From: Guillardia theta CCMP2712 | Lineage: Eukaryota; Protista; Cryptophyta | DNA: 37,905 nucleotides | Assembly: GCF_000315625.1 (NCBI RefSeq) | Contig: NW_005434617.1 | Span: 490,127-528,031 of the forward strand | Direction: 5' to 3' | In this document: positions 10,532 through 20,480 of the stretch, one piece after another | How the letters are laid out: every line of letters begins with the position of its first letter | Numbering within the stretch: the stretch's first letter is position 1 | Notes under the pieces: model-generated | The model's database searches: none | The model's input: only the letters and a program-made list of their open reading frames with translations | Told to the model about the DNA's origin: nothing | Translations under genes and position numbers: made by a program

Positions 10532-13500
10532 TCACAGAATGCCATCGTTCTCATTAGGATGAAAGTCATCACTGCAGCATACCCCTTGAGCGTTGAAATC
10601 TTCTCCAAATAGAAACGAACCAATTGCTTTCCACCTCGTAAACGGCAGAATTTTCGTGAACAGGTCCGCAGGCTGAAACTTAGTAGGAACTTTCACAGGA
10701 AGTAATTCTCCCTCATCCACCATGAGAACAGCAAACTTAGCACGTAAGTCGATGTGCTTCAGTCTAGAATATGCTCGTTTCTCGGTCAACAAACGAATAC
10801 ACGGCTCATTATCCAGCAGGAGCATCGTCGGACGTTGCTGGCAAAACCCTAACTGTTGAAGTAAGCTTCGATACATCTTGATATGCTTGGCGACTACCGA
10901 TGTCGCATAGATTTCTGCCTCTGACGATGAAAGTGATATGACTTTCTGCGTTTTCGAACCATATGAAATAACTCCTCCGTTCATTACGATAGCCCATCCG
11001 GACTGACTTCGTCGCGTCAAGACATCCGTCCCCCAGTCACTATCACTCGCAGCTACGAGTTCATTGTGAAACACCTCCTGATTAACAGATACACCTCTCT
11101 GATGGTAAACAATACAAATATCTCTCGTCGTGTACAGATACCTCGCCAAGTGAACCAATGCATCCCAGTCACGCACTCTGGGTGCCCGTGCAAATCTGCT
11201 TAAGAGACTGACCGCGAATGAAATATCAGCTCTTGTCCCATTAGCAACGTACAAGATTGTTCCAAGAAGAGCCTGATATTGTCTCACCGAGAACTTATCC
11301 AACAATTCTCCCTCTAGATGATAACTCCGCATGTACACTCCAGGCAAGATAGTAAACACTGAACGAAGAGCTATTCCAAATTTCTCAACCAGCTGTTCAA
11401 TAAAATGCTTCTGACTCAAGGTAATAGTTCCTTTCGTCAAATCTTGGTGAACACGAATACCCAGGAATGTACCTGTAGCTTCACTTCCAGAAAAGTCGAA
11501 TACCTTGCTCAAGCAGTCCAAAAAATAATTACAGACTTCTTGATTCTCACATACCAGAAGAAGATCATCCACCCACGTCGTGATGAGAATTCTTGAGCCG
11601 TTGTGTTCATATCTGTAAATGATTTCATCATGTCCCACAGGTTCCGCGCCCAGACGCAGGAATTCTCGAGACAGCTTTTCCCACCATCGTCGCGGAGCCG
11701 TTCGCGTCCCATATATCGCTTTGGTTACTTTGAGCAAAACATTCGGAGGCAAAGCCATGATGTCAGGCGGTATCATGAACATCGGTTCGTTCAATTCACT
11801 GTATAGGAACGCGGCCGCGATATCTCGGAAGGCGATAATCCATCCATTTCCTGCCGCTATGCTGAGTAACAACCGAATGTTATCCATCGACGTCGTCGGC
11901 GCAAACAACTCCTCGGACGTGGGTAAAAGATTGCCCATCACAACCAACCTTGCTTTTCTCTTCAGAATGTTGCCATGTAAATCTCTCTTTGAGGAATAAA
12001 CCCACATCGCCCTCGCAAGAATTTTACCTCGAGTTTCATCAGACCTCGGGACCACTTCCCAAACTCGCCTTTCTTCCATCTTTTGAATCTCAGCTCGTTC
12101 AGCTGCCTCCCACAATTCTCTATCCTTGTGCAACAACATCTCCCTTCGATTGCGAGGATCTGCCGTCGAACTCGAGTCTTGTACTGATGGCGGAGCTCGC
12201 GACAGAAATGCTGCAGAGAGTTTGACAGCTTCCCATACAGGAACAACTAGCGCCATGTTGGTGACAAGCATACGAGAGTCTGGAAAACATTGTGTCAAGT
12301 CACTTGTACCAAGATCAATACAGTCTGGATCACGAGCAACATCAATGTCATCCCCTGGCTCCATGAGTGGGACCACATCATTCCACCGTTCCCGTCTCAA
12401 AGGTATCCATCGTGCAGAGTGCTGAGAAGTAGTCGAACGATTACCCTCGTCCAATACGAACAGTACCTCTTTTCCATCGCCGTTGAGCACCTTTCCAGGT
12501 ACCAGCTGAGATGACAGAGGAGACTTCCTGTGCATAAGAAAGACATCGGGATTTCCTCGAACTGTCTTTTCCACCAGCTGCGAAAGGATGTTATCCCCCT
12601 TTTGAGGAAACGCTCGAAAGTAATAATCGTTACACCCTGTCAACTCGAAGACATTCTTCGGCAAAACTCCTGATTGTAGCTCATCCCCAGGCAACAACTC
12701 AGATGTCTCTGCCTCCGACATAGCAATCATGGTAACTTCCTTCCCCATAGACAAAATCCGTACGTTCTCACTGTCCGGATGGATTAATATCCAGTACTTG
12801 TCGTCAAACGTAACACGCACCAAGAATGTATCGTCTTTGAAGACAACTTGAGTAATCGTCCCCGTTCGAACCTTCCCATCATCCATTACAACTTCAGCCC
12901 GCCTGTTGATGAAGCGGTTTTCGGCATCCCGTCTCTGCTTACGAAAGTCTCGTCTGGTACGACATGTTTTGGTCGACGACGCTGCCTCTGTATCCGTATG
13001 ATCCGCATCCTCTCGGCCACCGTCAACCATCACTGTAGGCACATAATCTTCATCGCTGTCCTGGCACACCATCTCAGCAGCCCTTACCCCCTCATCATCC
13101 GACTCCAGTGAATGATCCTCCAACCGTGTTCTCTTTCGACGACCACTAGTCCCAGCATTCACTGCCTCTGACCGTTCATCTTCAACACCCTTGACAGGCG
13201 AATCATCCTCCATGTCAATATCGTGCTTTACCACCACTTCAGGATCCTCTTGCCAATTCATCCGTCCCGCACGTCGAAATGGAAAGAAGAATTCATCACA
13301 GGTCAGATTATTCGTGTGATAGATTTTGTTGTCGTCAACACACCATACCAAGTAGCCAATGGTATGCCCAGGAAAAGCGTTTGCATTTCCGAGCATAATG
13401 CCCTGTTTAGCTGGATCTTCAATCTTCGAACTGCGTACATTATTCTTGAAGAATGTCATACACCCAAAGGTCTTGAGAGATTTGAAGTCGAAAACATCTC

Positions 13501-16500
13501 CATTATAGATTGTATACGGAGAAAGATTGCCGAAATTCCTGAAACTCGGGAGAGCATTGTACAAGTACGTAGCCTGCATAACAGAAAATTCCCATTTTTC
13601 GATAGGCAAAGCACTCTGTTTGAGCAAAGTTCTGTGGATAGTACTGACTGCTCGAATTCCTCTCTCAGCCAGCGAATTGTAAACTTGACTGTAATCAGGA
13701 ATCCGATCCCACTTCAAACCCGTCTCACGAACGAATGCCTCCAACTCTGAAGAAGAAAACTCACTGCCGTTATCAGATATGATGCGTTGAACTCCGTTTC
13801 TCTTGACACTTTTCTCCTCCTGTCGAAGTAACTCCATCAGAATATCACTCGTTTGACTCTTGGACTTCATGGGACGCACAATCAGGTATCCTGAAAAAGC
13901 GTCGACAACTATAAGAAAGTAACGATAGCCCGATGGTTCAGAGACTGCCACCATATCTTTCAAGTCTACGTACCACAGAGCATTTACATCTCCAACACGT
14001 TCCTGTCGAAATGAGGTTTGTTTGTGAACAGGGCGTGACACAAATTTCGAAATCCTACACACGTGACACGGAGAATGAATCAACCGCCTATTGAACGTGA
14101 TGTATTTGACCGTATCCGCGAGCAACTTCTGTACTCGACAATCAGGGTGCCCCGTTTTCATGTGCCACAGAACCGCATCAGATAGACTCTGTGTTGACTT
14201 CCCATCGAAAGAAGGTCCAGGAGTGACATGTGCTTTAGTCAAACAAACTGTTCCAGCCTCCGCTGAAACACAAAAGATTGGCACATCACCTGCCACAGAA
14301 TCATGCCTCGGACCTCTGGTTGTCAACAAATACAACTTGTCCCGCTGAATCAGAGGAATCCTGATCTTGCCATCCTCCGAAGCCACATAGGATTTGACCG
14401 TGTTCTTCGACCCCCGTCCAACAATGTAATACTTGGATCCCAGAAAATCATCCAGACTCACAAGTGGTACAGGAAGGACAGGACAAACTCGAACATTCTC
14501 CAATACTATATTGTCCGACTCACCATCTGCACCGACAATTTGCAAATTTAGCTTGCCATACTTGGTACAATTAATCTTTCCTCCTGCCGTCATGACAAAG
14601 AAATCGTCTCCCGATTGTACGTCTGAGAGGAGGGATTCGTCCCCAACCATGGTAACATTTGCACCCGAATCAAGCAAAAAATTGACAACCCTTCCGTCAC
14701 CGTCTCCCACCATACTCTGCATTGCCATTCCTTGAATATCAGTCATCGACATCGTTGAATCAATGCCAAACTGAAACGCAAAGAAGGATCGCCATTCCGC
14801 CTGACGGCGACCTGCCTGAGCATTGCTTTCTGAAACATTTTGCTGTACCGTCCTCTCAAAAGGATTGTCCGACACCGGACTACGGCCACGTCCCCGATGG
14901 TTAGGCTCAAACGTCTCCTGCCATGGTCCAACCGGCTGCTCACCGTCTGCACCTGACCTCCTTCCCCCCTGGATTTCCCTGGCCAAGCGCAGTACCGCCT
15001 CGCCGAGAGCCTGAGGAGAAAATTCATGCACATTGTTTCGCCGCTCATGATATCCTCCCGAACGATCACCTCTTGAGAAACCATCAGACTCGCCTCTGCG
15101 TGGATTGTAGTTATGCGTCGTCCAATGCTCCCCTCTACCTCGTCCGCGCATCCCTCTACCAGCCGGACGATCATACGGCTTCCCCCGCTGCTGATGATGA
15201 CCTCGAAATCCTGAGCCTCTTCCCCGAAAATTATTCCCTTGAAAACCACCGGCTCTTCCTTGGTGATTTCGAAAATCATTCGATCCAGCACCAGCGGAGC
15301 CTCCACGACCGTAGCCGCCACGAGACCCATCAACATGGTAGGCGCCCCTGCGCCGCATTCCCTGACCCGGAGGCTCACCTCGGCCTCGCGTACTCTCCCT
15401 CGCGTCCAACGTGCTTCCATCCTCCTGACTGCCAGATGCATTATCCACAGGCGACGACTCATTGCTGCCTCTCGAGTCTCCCTTTTCCTTACCACCCTGT
15501 CCTCCACTTTCAGACGCCTTGTCTGCATTCGGTTGACTGACCGTAGCTTGCACCTCCGAGGCTGCCACATTAACTGACGCAGTGCCCGACTGTGTTTTCT
15601 CACCCCCAGCAGTAAAAAATACCTGTTCATCATGCAAATTCACAGCCCAAGAGTACACCTCCTCCCAAGTCAATTCGGTTGACAACTTGGACCGCTTATT
15701 CAAGCGCGCGACATCTCGAATATCAATACAATCTGAAACATAACATTGCTTGATCAGCTCCTCCACCAAAATCATTTCCAAGGCTTTCACTGATTCCTCT
15801 CCCGCTACATCTTCCAACTTGTTAAGCAGGATCTTCATCTGGACCATAACGCTGTGGAAGGTAGATATGTCAGGCAATTTCGACTTTGCCAGCGTCAGAA
15901 GCTCCATCCGCGTTTTATCCGGAGTGGCATTGAGATTCCCACTGCGCTTTCTGACTTCCCATATCATATACGCCAGAGCTTTGATCGGAGCCAACTTGGA
16001 CTTGAATCCTCCTGACATAGCCCATGGAACAGGAAATAATGGCTTCAGATAGGATCGAAAGTATTGGCCAAGCTCCAGGAGAAAATATTCAACGTCTTCA
16101 TATAACGCGTTAATCATCGCGGCATCCATCTCCTTGCCATCAGAATCCCTTCGGCTTACCCCCTTCTTTTTCTTCTTGCCACTCTGAGAAGCACTCACTG
16201 GGTTGCCGGAATCACCGTCATCAACAGGACTACCATACTGATCCGACACCGTCTTGGACAAATTTTGCAACTGCTCCACATAATCTCGAATCTGCCCGCT
16301 CTTCCTCCAACAAAATTTGGCATTCAGGAAAAGCAAAACGACCTGCCTTTTCCATTCCTCCGTCAACTCGCCATCCACATTCACACTCTTGTTCTTTTCC
16401 CATACAGTATGAAACTCACCACCAAAATTACCGAGTTGATCGAGTGGAAACTCTCGTATCAGCGGGAAAAGACACAAGCCCAATCCTGTCCGATAACGAT

Positions 16501-16639
16501 TCATTGCATTCTGAATCGGAAGCAAAAGTTCATCCAATTCCTCCTGTGACGTCACCGATCCTTTGAGGAATGTGTCCATCTGTAACTCAGGATGAGTCTT
16601 GATCAATTCTTCACTGAGGTCCAATTTTCCTCCTCCCAT
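10532..16639 (-). CDS. Copia Gag-Pol polyprotein, 2035 aa (Gag, RGG-rich NC, aspartic protease, GAG-pre-integrase, integrase, RT, RNase H)
   Basis: PR FLLDSGAN (~14670); HHCC LWHMKTGH…CHVC (~14060-14170); IN core WYVDL…ISDNGSEF…AERGIR (~13660-13975); RT KRKARLVVMG, DIAAAFL, KAIYG, WVDD (~11560-12000); RNase H SDSDWG…SSSEAE…DN…KHIDLR…ADLFTK (~10650-11050). Confidence 0.97.
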   Translation of the reverse strand: MGGGKLDLSEELIKTHPELQMDTFLKGSVTSQEELDELLLPIQNAMNRYRTGLGLCLFPLIREFPLDQLGNFGGEFHTVWEKNKSVNVDGELTEEWKRQVVLLFLNAKFCWRKSGQIRDYVEQLQNLSKTVSDQYGSPVDDGDSGNPVSASQSGKKKKKGVSRRDSDGKEMDAAMINALYEDVEYFLLELGQYFRSYLKPLFPVPWAMSGGFKSKLAPIKALAYMIWEVRKRSGNLNATPDKTRMELLTLAKSKLPDISTFHSVMVQMKILLNKLEDVAGEESVKALEMILVEELIKQCYVSDCIDIRDVARLNKRSKLSTELTWEEVYSWAVNLHDEQVFFTAGGEKTQSGTASVNVAASEVQATVSQPNADKASESGGQGGKEKGDSRGSNESSPVDNASGSQEDGSTLDARESTRGRGEPPGQGMRRRGAYHVDGSRGGYGRGGSAGAGSNDFRNHQGRAGGFQGNNFRGRGSGFRGHHQQRGKPYDRPAGRGMRGRGRGEHWTTHNYNPRRGESDGFSRGDRSGGYHERRNNVHEFSPQALGEAVLRLAREIQGGRRSGADGEQPVGPWQETFEPNHRGRGRSPVSDNPFERTVQQNVSESNAQAGRRQAEWRSFFAFQFGIDSTMSMTDIQGMAMQSMVGDGDGRVVNFLLDSGANVTMVGDESLLSDVQSGDDFFVMTAGGKINCTKYGKLNLQIVGADGESDNIVLENVRVCPVLPVPLVSLDDFLGSKYYIVGRGSKNTVKSYVASEDGKIRIPLIQRDKLYLLTTRGPRHDSVAGDVPIFCVSAEAGTVCLTKAHVTPGPSFDGKSTQSLSDAVLWHMKTGHPDCRVQKLLADTVKYITFNRRLIHSPCHVCRISKFVSRPVHKQTSFRQERVGDVNALWYVDLKDMVAVSEPSGYRYFLIVVDAFSGYLIVRPMKSKSQTSDILMELLRQEEKSVKRNGVQRIISDNGSEFSSSELEAFVRETGLKWDRIPDYSQVYNSLAERGIRAVSTIHRTLLKQSALPIEKWEFSVMQATYLYNALPSFRNFGNLSPYTIYNGDVFDFKSLKTFGCMTFFKNNVRSSKIEDPAKQGIMLGNANAFPGHTIGYLVWCVDDNKIYHTNNLTCDEFFFPFRRAGRMNWQEDPEVVVKHDIDMEDDSPVKGVEDERSEAVNAGTSGRRKRTRLEDHSLESDDEGVRAAEMVCQDSDEDYVPTVMVDGGREDADHTDTEAASSTKTCRTRRDFRKQRRDAENRFINRRAEVVMDDGKVRTGTITQVVFKDDTFLVRVTFDDKYWILIHPDSENVRILSMGKEVTMIAMSEAETSELLPGDELQSGVLPKNVFELTGCNDYYFRAFPQKGDNILSQLVEKTVRGNPDVFLMHRKSPLSSQLVPGKVLNGDGKEVLFVLDEGNRSTTSQHSARWIPLRRERWNDVVPLMEPGDDIDVARDPDCIDLGTSDLTQCFPDSRMLVTNMALVVPVWEAVKLSAAFLSRAPPSVQDSSSTADPRNRREMLLHKDRELWEAAERAEIQKMEERRVWEVVPRSDETRGKILARAMWVYSSKRDLHGNILKRKARLVVMGNLLPTSEELFAPTTSMDNIRLLLSIAAGNGWIIAFRDIAAAFLYSELNEPMFMIPPDIMALPPNVLLKVTKAIYGTRTAPRRWWEKLSREFLRLGAEPVGHDEIIYRYEHNGSRILITTWVDDLLLVCENQEVCNYFLDCLSKVFDFSGSEATGTFLGIRVHQDLTKGTITLSQKHFIEQLVEKFGIALRSVFTILPGVYMRSYHLEGELLDKFSVRQYQALLGTILYVANGTRADISFAVSLLSRFARAPRVRDWDALVHLARYLYTTRDICIVYHQRGVSVNQEVFHNELVAASDSDWGTDVLTRRSQSGWAIVMNGGVISYGSKTQKVISLSSSEAEIYATSVVAKHIKMYRSLLQQLGFCQQRPTMLLLDNEPCIRLLTEKRAYSRLKHIDLRAKFAVLMVDEGELLPVKVPTKFQPADLFTKILPFTRWKAIGSFLFGEDFNAQGVCCSDDFHPNENDGIL

Positions 16640-16887
16640 GGTAAAAGCAATGTCGAAAAATCAGTAGCAACGTTCCACACAAGAATCGACTCCGACCTTC
16701 CAAACTGAGCTTCCAAGCACAAGCGTAAAAAATGCAAAAAATCGAGTCCAACTTCCAAACAACGATTCCAAACAATCGAATCACCGACTCAAATAGCAAC
16801 AATGAACCGAACTTACTCTTTGTTCCAGTTCAGACCGTACGGTAAATCACAGTTGCGCAACAACAGTAAAAAAAATGAGAACTGAGA

Positions 16888-16911
16888 ACAAAGAGAAAAT
16901 TTTCTCTTTGT
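16888..16911. other. Perfect 24-bp palindrome ACAAAGAGAAAATTTTCTCTTTGT at the primer-binding-site position
   Basis: The sequence equals its own reverse complement and overlaps the last 3 nt of the 5' LTR; no TGG-initiated tRNA complement follows the LTR. Confidence 0.9.
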
Positions 16912-17337
16912 AATCGAATCAACCTCCACCTCACTGGCCAGAATCTATTTAACCCAAGATCCACCAAAGACTAACTCTCAGTACACCTGAGATCCTTACA
17001 CCAACCTTATTCACCTCAACGATACACAGCTGTGCAGTCTCCAACACCTTCACTGATGATGATAGAACTCTCAGAAGAACCACACAACACCACCAACACT
17101 TCCTTTATTCACAGCAGTCACCTTCCCTTCAGTCCCTTGCAACCAAGTACAATGCACAGCGCGCCGTCGACACGTGTCCTCCTAACCCCCTCTTCTCCGC
17201 CTGACCCTCAGGCTCGTCGATTCCTTAATTCCAGACCTATGTCGAAACCCACTTCCATCTCGCTGAGCTTCGTCCATCGATGAGACGCAATACCCTGAAC
17301 TTCTCGCCGTCTCCAAGAACTTATCCGAGTTCTTACA
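16909..17337 (-). repeat. 5' LTR (TGTAA…TTACA, 429 bp if the inner CA is counted)
   Basis: Identical to the left LTR over 16911-17337; has 5-bp terminal inverted repeats TGTAA/TTACA. Confidence 0.95.
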
Positions 17338-17342
17338 GGGAG
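17338..17342 (+). repeat. Right target-site duplication GGGAG
   Basis: Matches 8777-8781. Confidence 0.8.
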
Positions 17343-17975
17343 GGCACGCCACTCAGCGGCACCACAGCGGCCAGGCTCAGCAGCACTAGGCGGCGGACCG
17401 TCTCCGTGTGCACCGTGGCGCGTCGCCGCTGGACTGTCTCACTGTCACGGTCTGTCTGCACCGGCGCAGCCGGCCGCCGCCCCGTGTCGGAGGCTCGGAG
17501 TCCCGGACGCCGCCGGGCGGCGCCGCCGGGGCCCCGGGGGCCCCGGCCGGGGGGGGCGGCCGCACACCCTCCGAGGCTCGCGCGGTGGCATTCAGGGCCG
17601 CCGGCCCCGGGCCCGGCAGGGCCCGGGCTGACAGTCGGATCGGACTCGCGGCGGGGCGGGGGCCGCTCACGCGGCCTAGGCATGTCGGATTGCACAGGCC
17701 GGGCTGCGGCCCTGCGGCGGCACTGCAGCGCCCAGAACGTCACAGTGACCGTTGAACTTCGCCGGAAGTTTCGGGCCGCACAGTGACCGGCCCGGGGGGG
17801 GTGAGTGACCGTAAAGCGGCTGGCCGCGGTCCCGGTACCGTACACTACCGTATCGGATCATCGGATCTGACGCCCCCGGTACTACGGCTAGTGAGGGTAC
17901 GGACTCCGGGAGCCGCTACCCGGCCGGGCGGGCCCGGTGTGGACCGGCCGCACGACCTGCCGAGGACAGCAGGCG
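17343..17975. other. Very GC/CpG-rich non-coding island (continues 8630-8781 on the other side of the insertion)
   Basis: Dense CCGG/GGCC runs and short palindromes; shares CGGATCGGACTCG (8735 / 17636) and AGGCTCGGAG (8666 / 17491) with the left flank. Confidence 0.75.
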
Positions 17976-18072
17976 GTAGTAGCTTGAATTAATAGTTTCC
18001 TGTTGCCTCCTGCGAGGGCAGAAGGCAAATCCCGACGGTTTGATGGTGATGGCGTGAGGCGTGGGAGAGAGG

Positions 18073-19774
18073 ATGCAAGCAAGAGCCGTGCTGCTGTTCG
18101 TCTCCCTGCTAGCATGCAGCCTGCAGGAGAACGTCGCTCGCCATTTCGCTGATTGCCTCACAGAATGCGTGAAGGTAAGGGGAGGGGGACAGACTGACGT
18201 GGTGAGAGTTGTGACTGCATGAAAGTCCTTGGGCGACGACGAGCTCGATCATACACGGCTATTTGCATGCTCGTCGAGCTGTAAAGAAGAGAAGAATGAA
18301 GGTGGAGCGTTGAATCGTACTGCATGCCATGTCTTTTCATGCTGATTGATTGTTCAGATGTGGTTTCAGATCCGTTTTCTATCAACTTGCCGAACCCTGA
18401 AAGGTTTGTGCGTTCTGCAAGAAGGTTTCTCAGTGTCTGACTTGGATGTGACACCAGGAGCTCAAAGAAACAATCAGAGAAGAAACAGAGCAAGAAGAGG
18501 TCAAAAGCAGATGCAAACCAGAGATCATCAAAGGAGAAATCAAAGAACGTGAAGGTCGAGAAAACCTCGAAGAATGTCGAAAGGGCCAAAATAAAACGAG
18601 AAGGTGATTATCGCTGCCATTGGTATAAGCATTGTTCTCAAAGATTTTCGCAGAAGGTGACAATACGGAGTCTTCCTACAAGGGTGCAAGTACAGCGCAC
18701 GATCAGCATCTTGAGGAGGCAGGAGGAGTCCGCCTTTTCCTCTCTCCGGGCTCTGGTGATTCTCCCCCGCATGCAGTGAGCCGCTCACGGAGACGCGAAG
18801 GTGCAGGCGAAGCGACGGAGAGCAACACATGGGAATGGACCTCCGTCCCTGCCGAGGTTGGGAAGGAGTGATTGTCTCTTTCTCTTGATTCCCTTGGCTT
18901 TCTCCAGAAGTGGGCAGCAGGCAACAGTACAATGTCGTTTGCTCCTTCCAGCGTCTCCGCAATTTACGCCAGCCAAGTGCTGCAGGTAGGAGGAAGGAAC
19001 AGATGGATGGCTTAGAGCTCAGTTATCCCTTTGCAGACATTTCATTATACATTAGATGACGAGGTGCAACGAATCTTGAAATCATGGTGAGGCATTTTGT
19101 TGTGCATTCTCGGTCGATACTTCACCAGGATTTCAACTTGAATTGAAATCTGAAATGATATGTTCAGGTACAACCTTCTGGAACCAGGAGGCAAGCTGTA
19201 TCTTTCAGGTTATAAAGAGTTTTTCGTCGCTGTAACACATGAGAATCGTAATCTTCAAATAGTTCCGGACTTCCCTACTCTTTGTTGGTTGTATCTGGCT
19301 CCGTCAATAAGGTGCTCCTTCAGATACTTGATCTAGAGACAATCTCACTGATTTTGAACAGCATGAACGGCCGTTTCCGAATTTTACAAGTGCGGCAAGA
19401 GATTTAGTGACTGTTTTCGAAAAATGAGAAGTCTTGGCACGCAGATGATGATGGGGAATCAAGAAAATCGTTTCAAAGTGTCGAGAAGTGGATTTGACAT
19501 CCAATTCCTGGGATATCACCTCAACGAGGTTTGCCTGTCGAAGAATTTCAAAATCGCCTTACGTTCTCATCTGTTCCAGGCTGGTTTTTCAGAGTTCGAA
19601 CGCGTTCCTGAGTTCAATCTTTTCAATGACGAGTCTTCAAGGAAGGCAAGTGCCAGCGATGTTGCTCACATCGCTATCCCTGATGCCGGCCATGTTATAA
19701 GTCATCTCCTCATGGTTTGAAACTCATGGCAAATCTTTGCATGTGTTGCTCTTCAAGTTGCTGCACAACATTGA
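18073..19774 (+). CDS. Signal-peptide protein with C-terminal class I SAM-dependent methyltransferase-like domain, multi-exon
   Basis: MQARAVLLFVSLLACSLQ leader; spliced C-terminal part SFAPSSVSAIYASQVLQ|TFHY…EVQRILKSW|YNLLEPGGKLYLS|VPDFPTLCWLYL…MMMGNQENRFKVSRSGFDIQFLGYHLNE|AGFSEFERVPEFNLFNDESS matches the Methyltransf_11-type pattern 'IYASHVLEH…W.R.LKPGG.L.ISVPD'. Last exon uncertain. Confidence 0.7.
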
Positions 19775-20480
19775 CTCATTGATTTTTTCGGCCAATGGTC
19801 TCACTCTGGTTGACAGATGGGCTCCACATATGTAAATTTGAATGTAATTGCCTACAAGCCCAGCGGTGAAAGTTTCGATCCAACAATCCACTAACGGGCT
19901 CGGAGAACTGCCAGTGTAAATGGAAAAGCTCTACAAGCGAGTAAACTTGGAACTTCCCAACTGAGAACGTGAATTTTCCACCCAAATGTCGCGATGAAAC
20001 CTCTTCCCGATCTCAGTACCACCTTGGCCAGTGGGCCGCCGCATGAGTTCGGACTCCCGTGGCTAGTGGCTGCCCCGGTGAGCAGCAGAACTTCGGAACT
20101 TCAAGTAGCAGCTGTAGTAGCCTGGCAGCAGAATCCGAGTTGCAGCAGATCTCAGTGAAGAATCTGAATCAGGGAGGCGGACGGTCACTGACTCAGATTC
20201 CGAGCGGCGGCAGGCTGAACAGATTGAAGAGTCTGAATAGCACGGTGTGGTCAGAGCGGGGATGAGGTACGAAAGGCGGGAAGGAGCGCGGGTTCAGTCT
20301 CTAGGAAGAGGGGCGAGTGAGCGAGAGGCAGGGAGGACGTGAAGGCAAGAAGGAGGAGGACGTGAAGGCAAGAAGGAGGAGGATGATGACGTAGCAGCAG
20401 ATGATCTCCATCAGATGAGACGATCTTTCCACAGAATCCGCTCCTCTTCTTCCTTTCGTACGTTTCACTCCGAAAATCCC

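Larger units (their letters stand above)
8782..17337 (-). mobile_element. Full-length Ty1/copia LTR retrotransposon (8556 bp)
   Basis: Two identical direct LTRs, TSD, PPT and one uninterrupted polyprotein with copia domain order PR-IN-RT-RH. Confidence 0.97.

Noticed and set aside
10215-10535. 106-aa ORF after pol as an env-like gene
   Set aside because: Short, GTG start, no transmembrane or coiled-coil signature.
11565-11580. RT motif WVDD instead of YVDD as a sign of inactivity
   Set aside because: The catalytic aspartates are intact, an aromatic substitution is tolerated, and identical LTRs indicate recent transposition.
14743-15633. 296-aa alternative-frame ORF overlapping Gag
   Set aside because: Overlaps a low-complexity GC-rich part of the main ORF; gag and pol are already in one frame, so no frameshift product is needed.
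17280-17992. Several Pro/Arg/Gly/Ala-rich ORFs on both strands
   Set aside because: Expected in very GC-rich DNA lacking stop codons; no domain signal.
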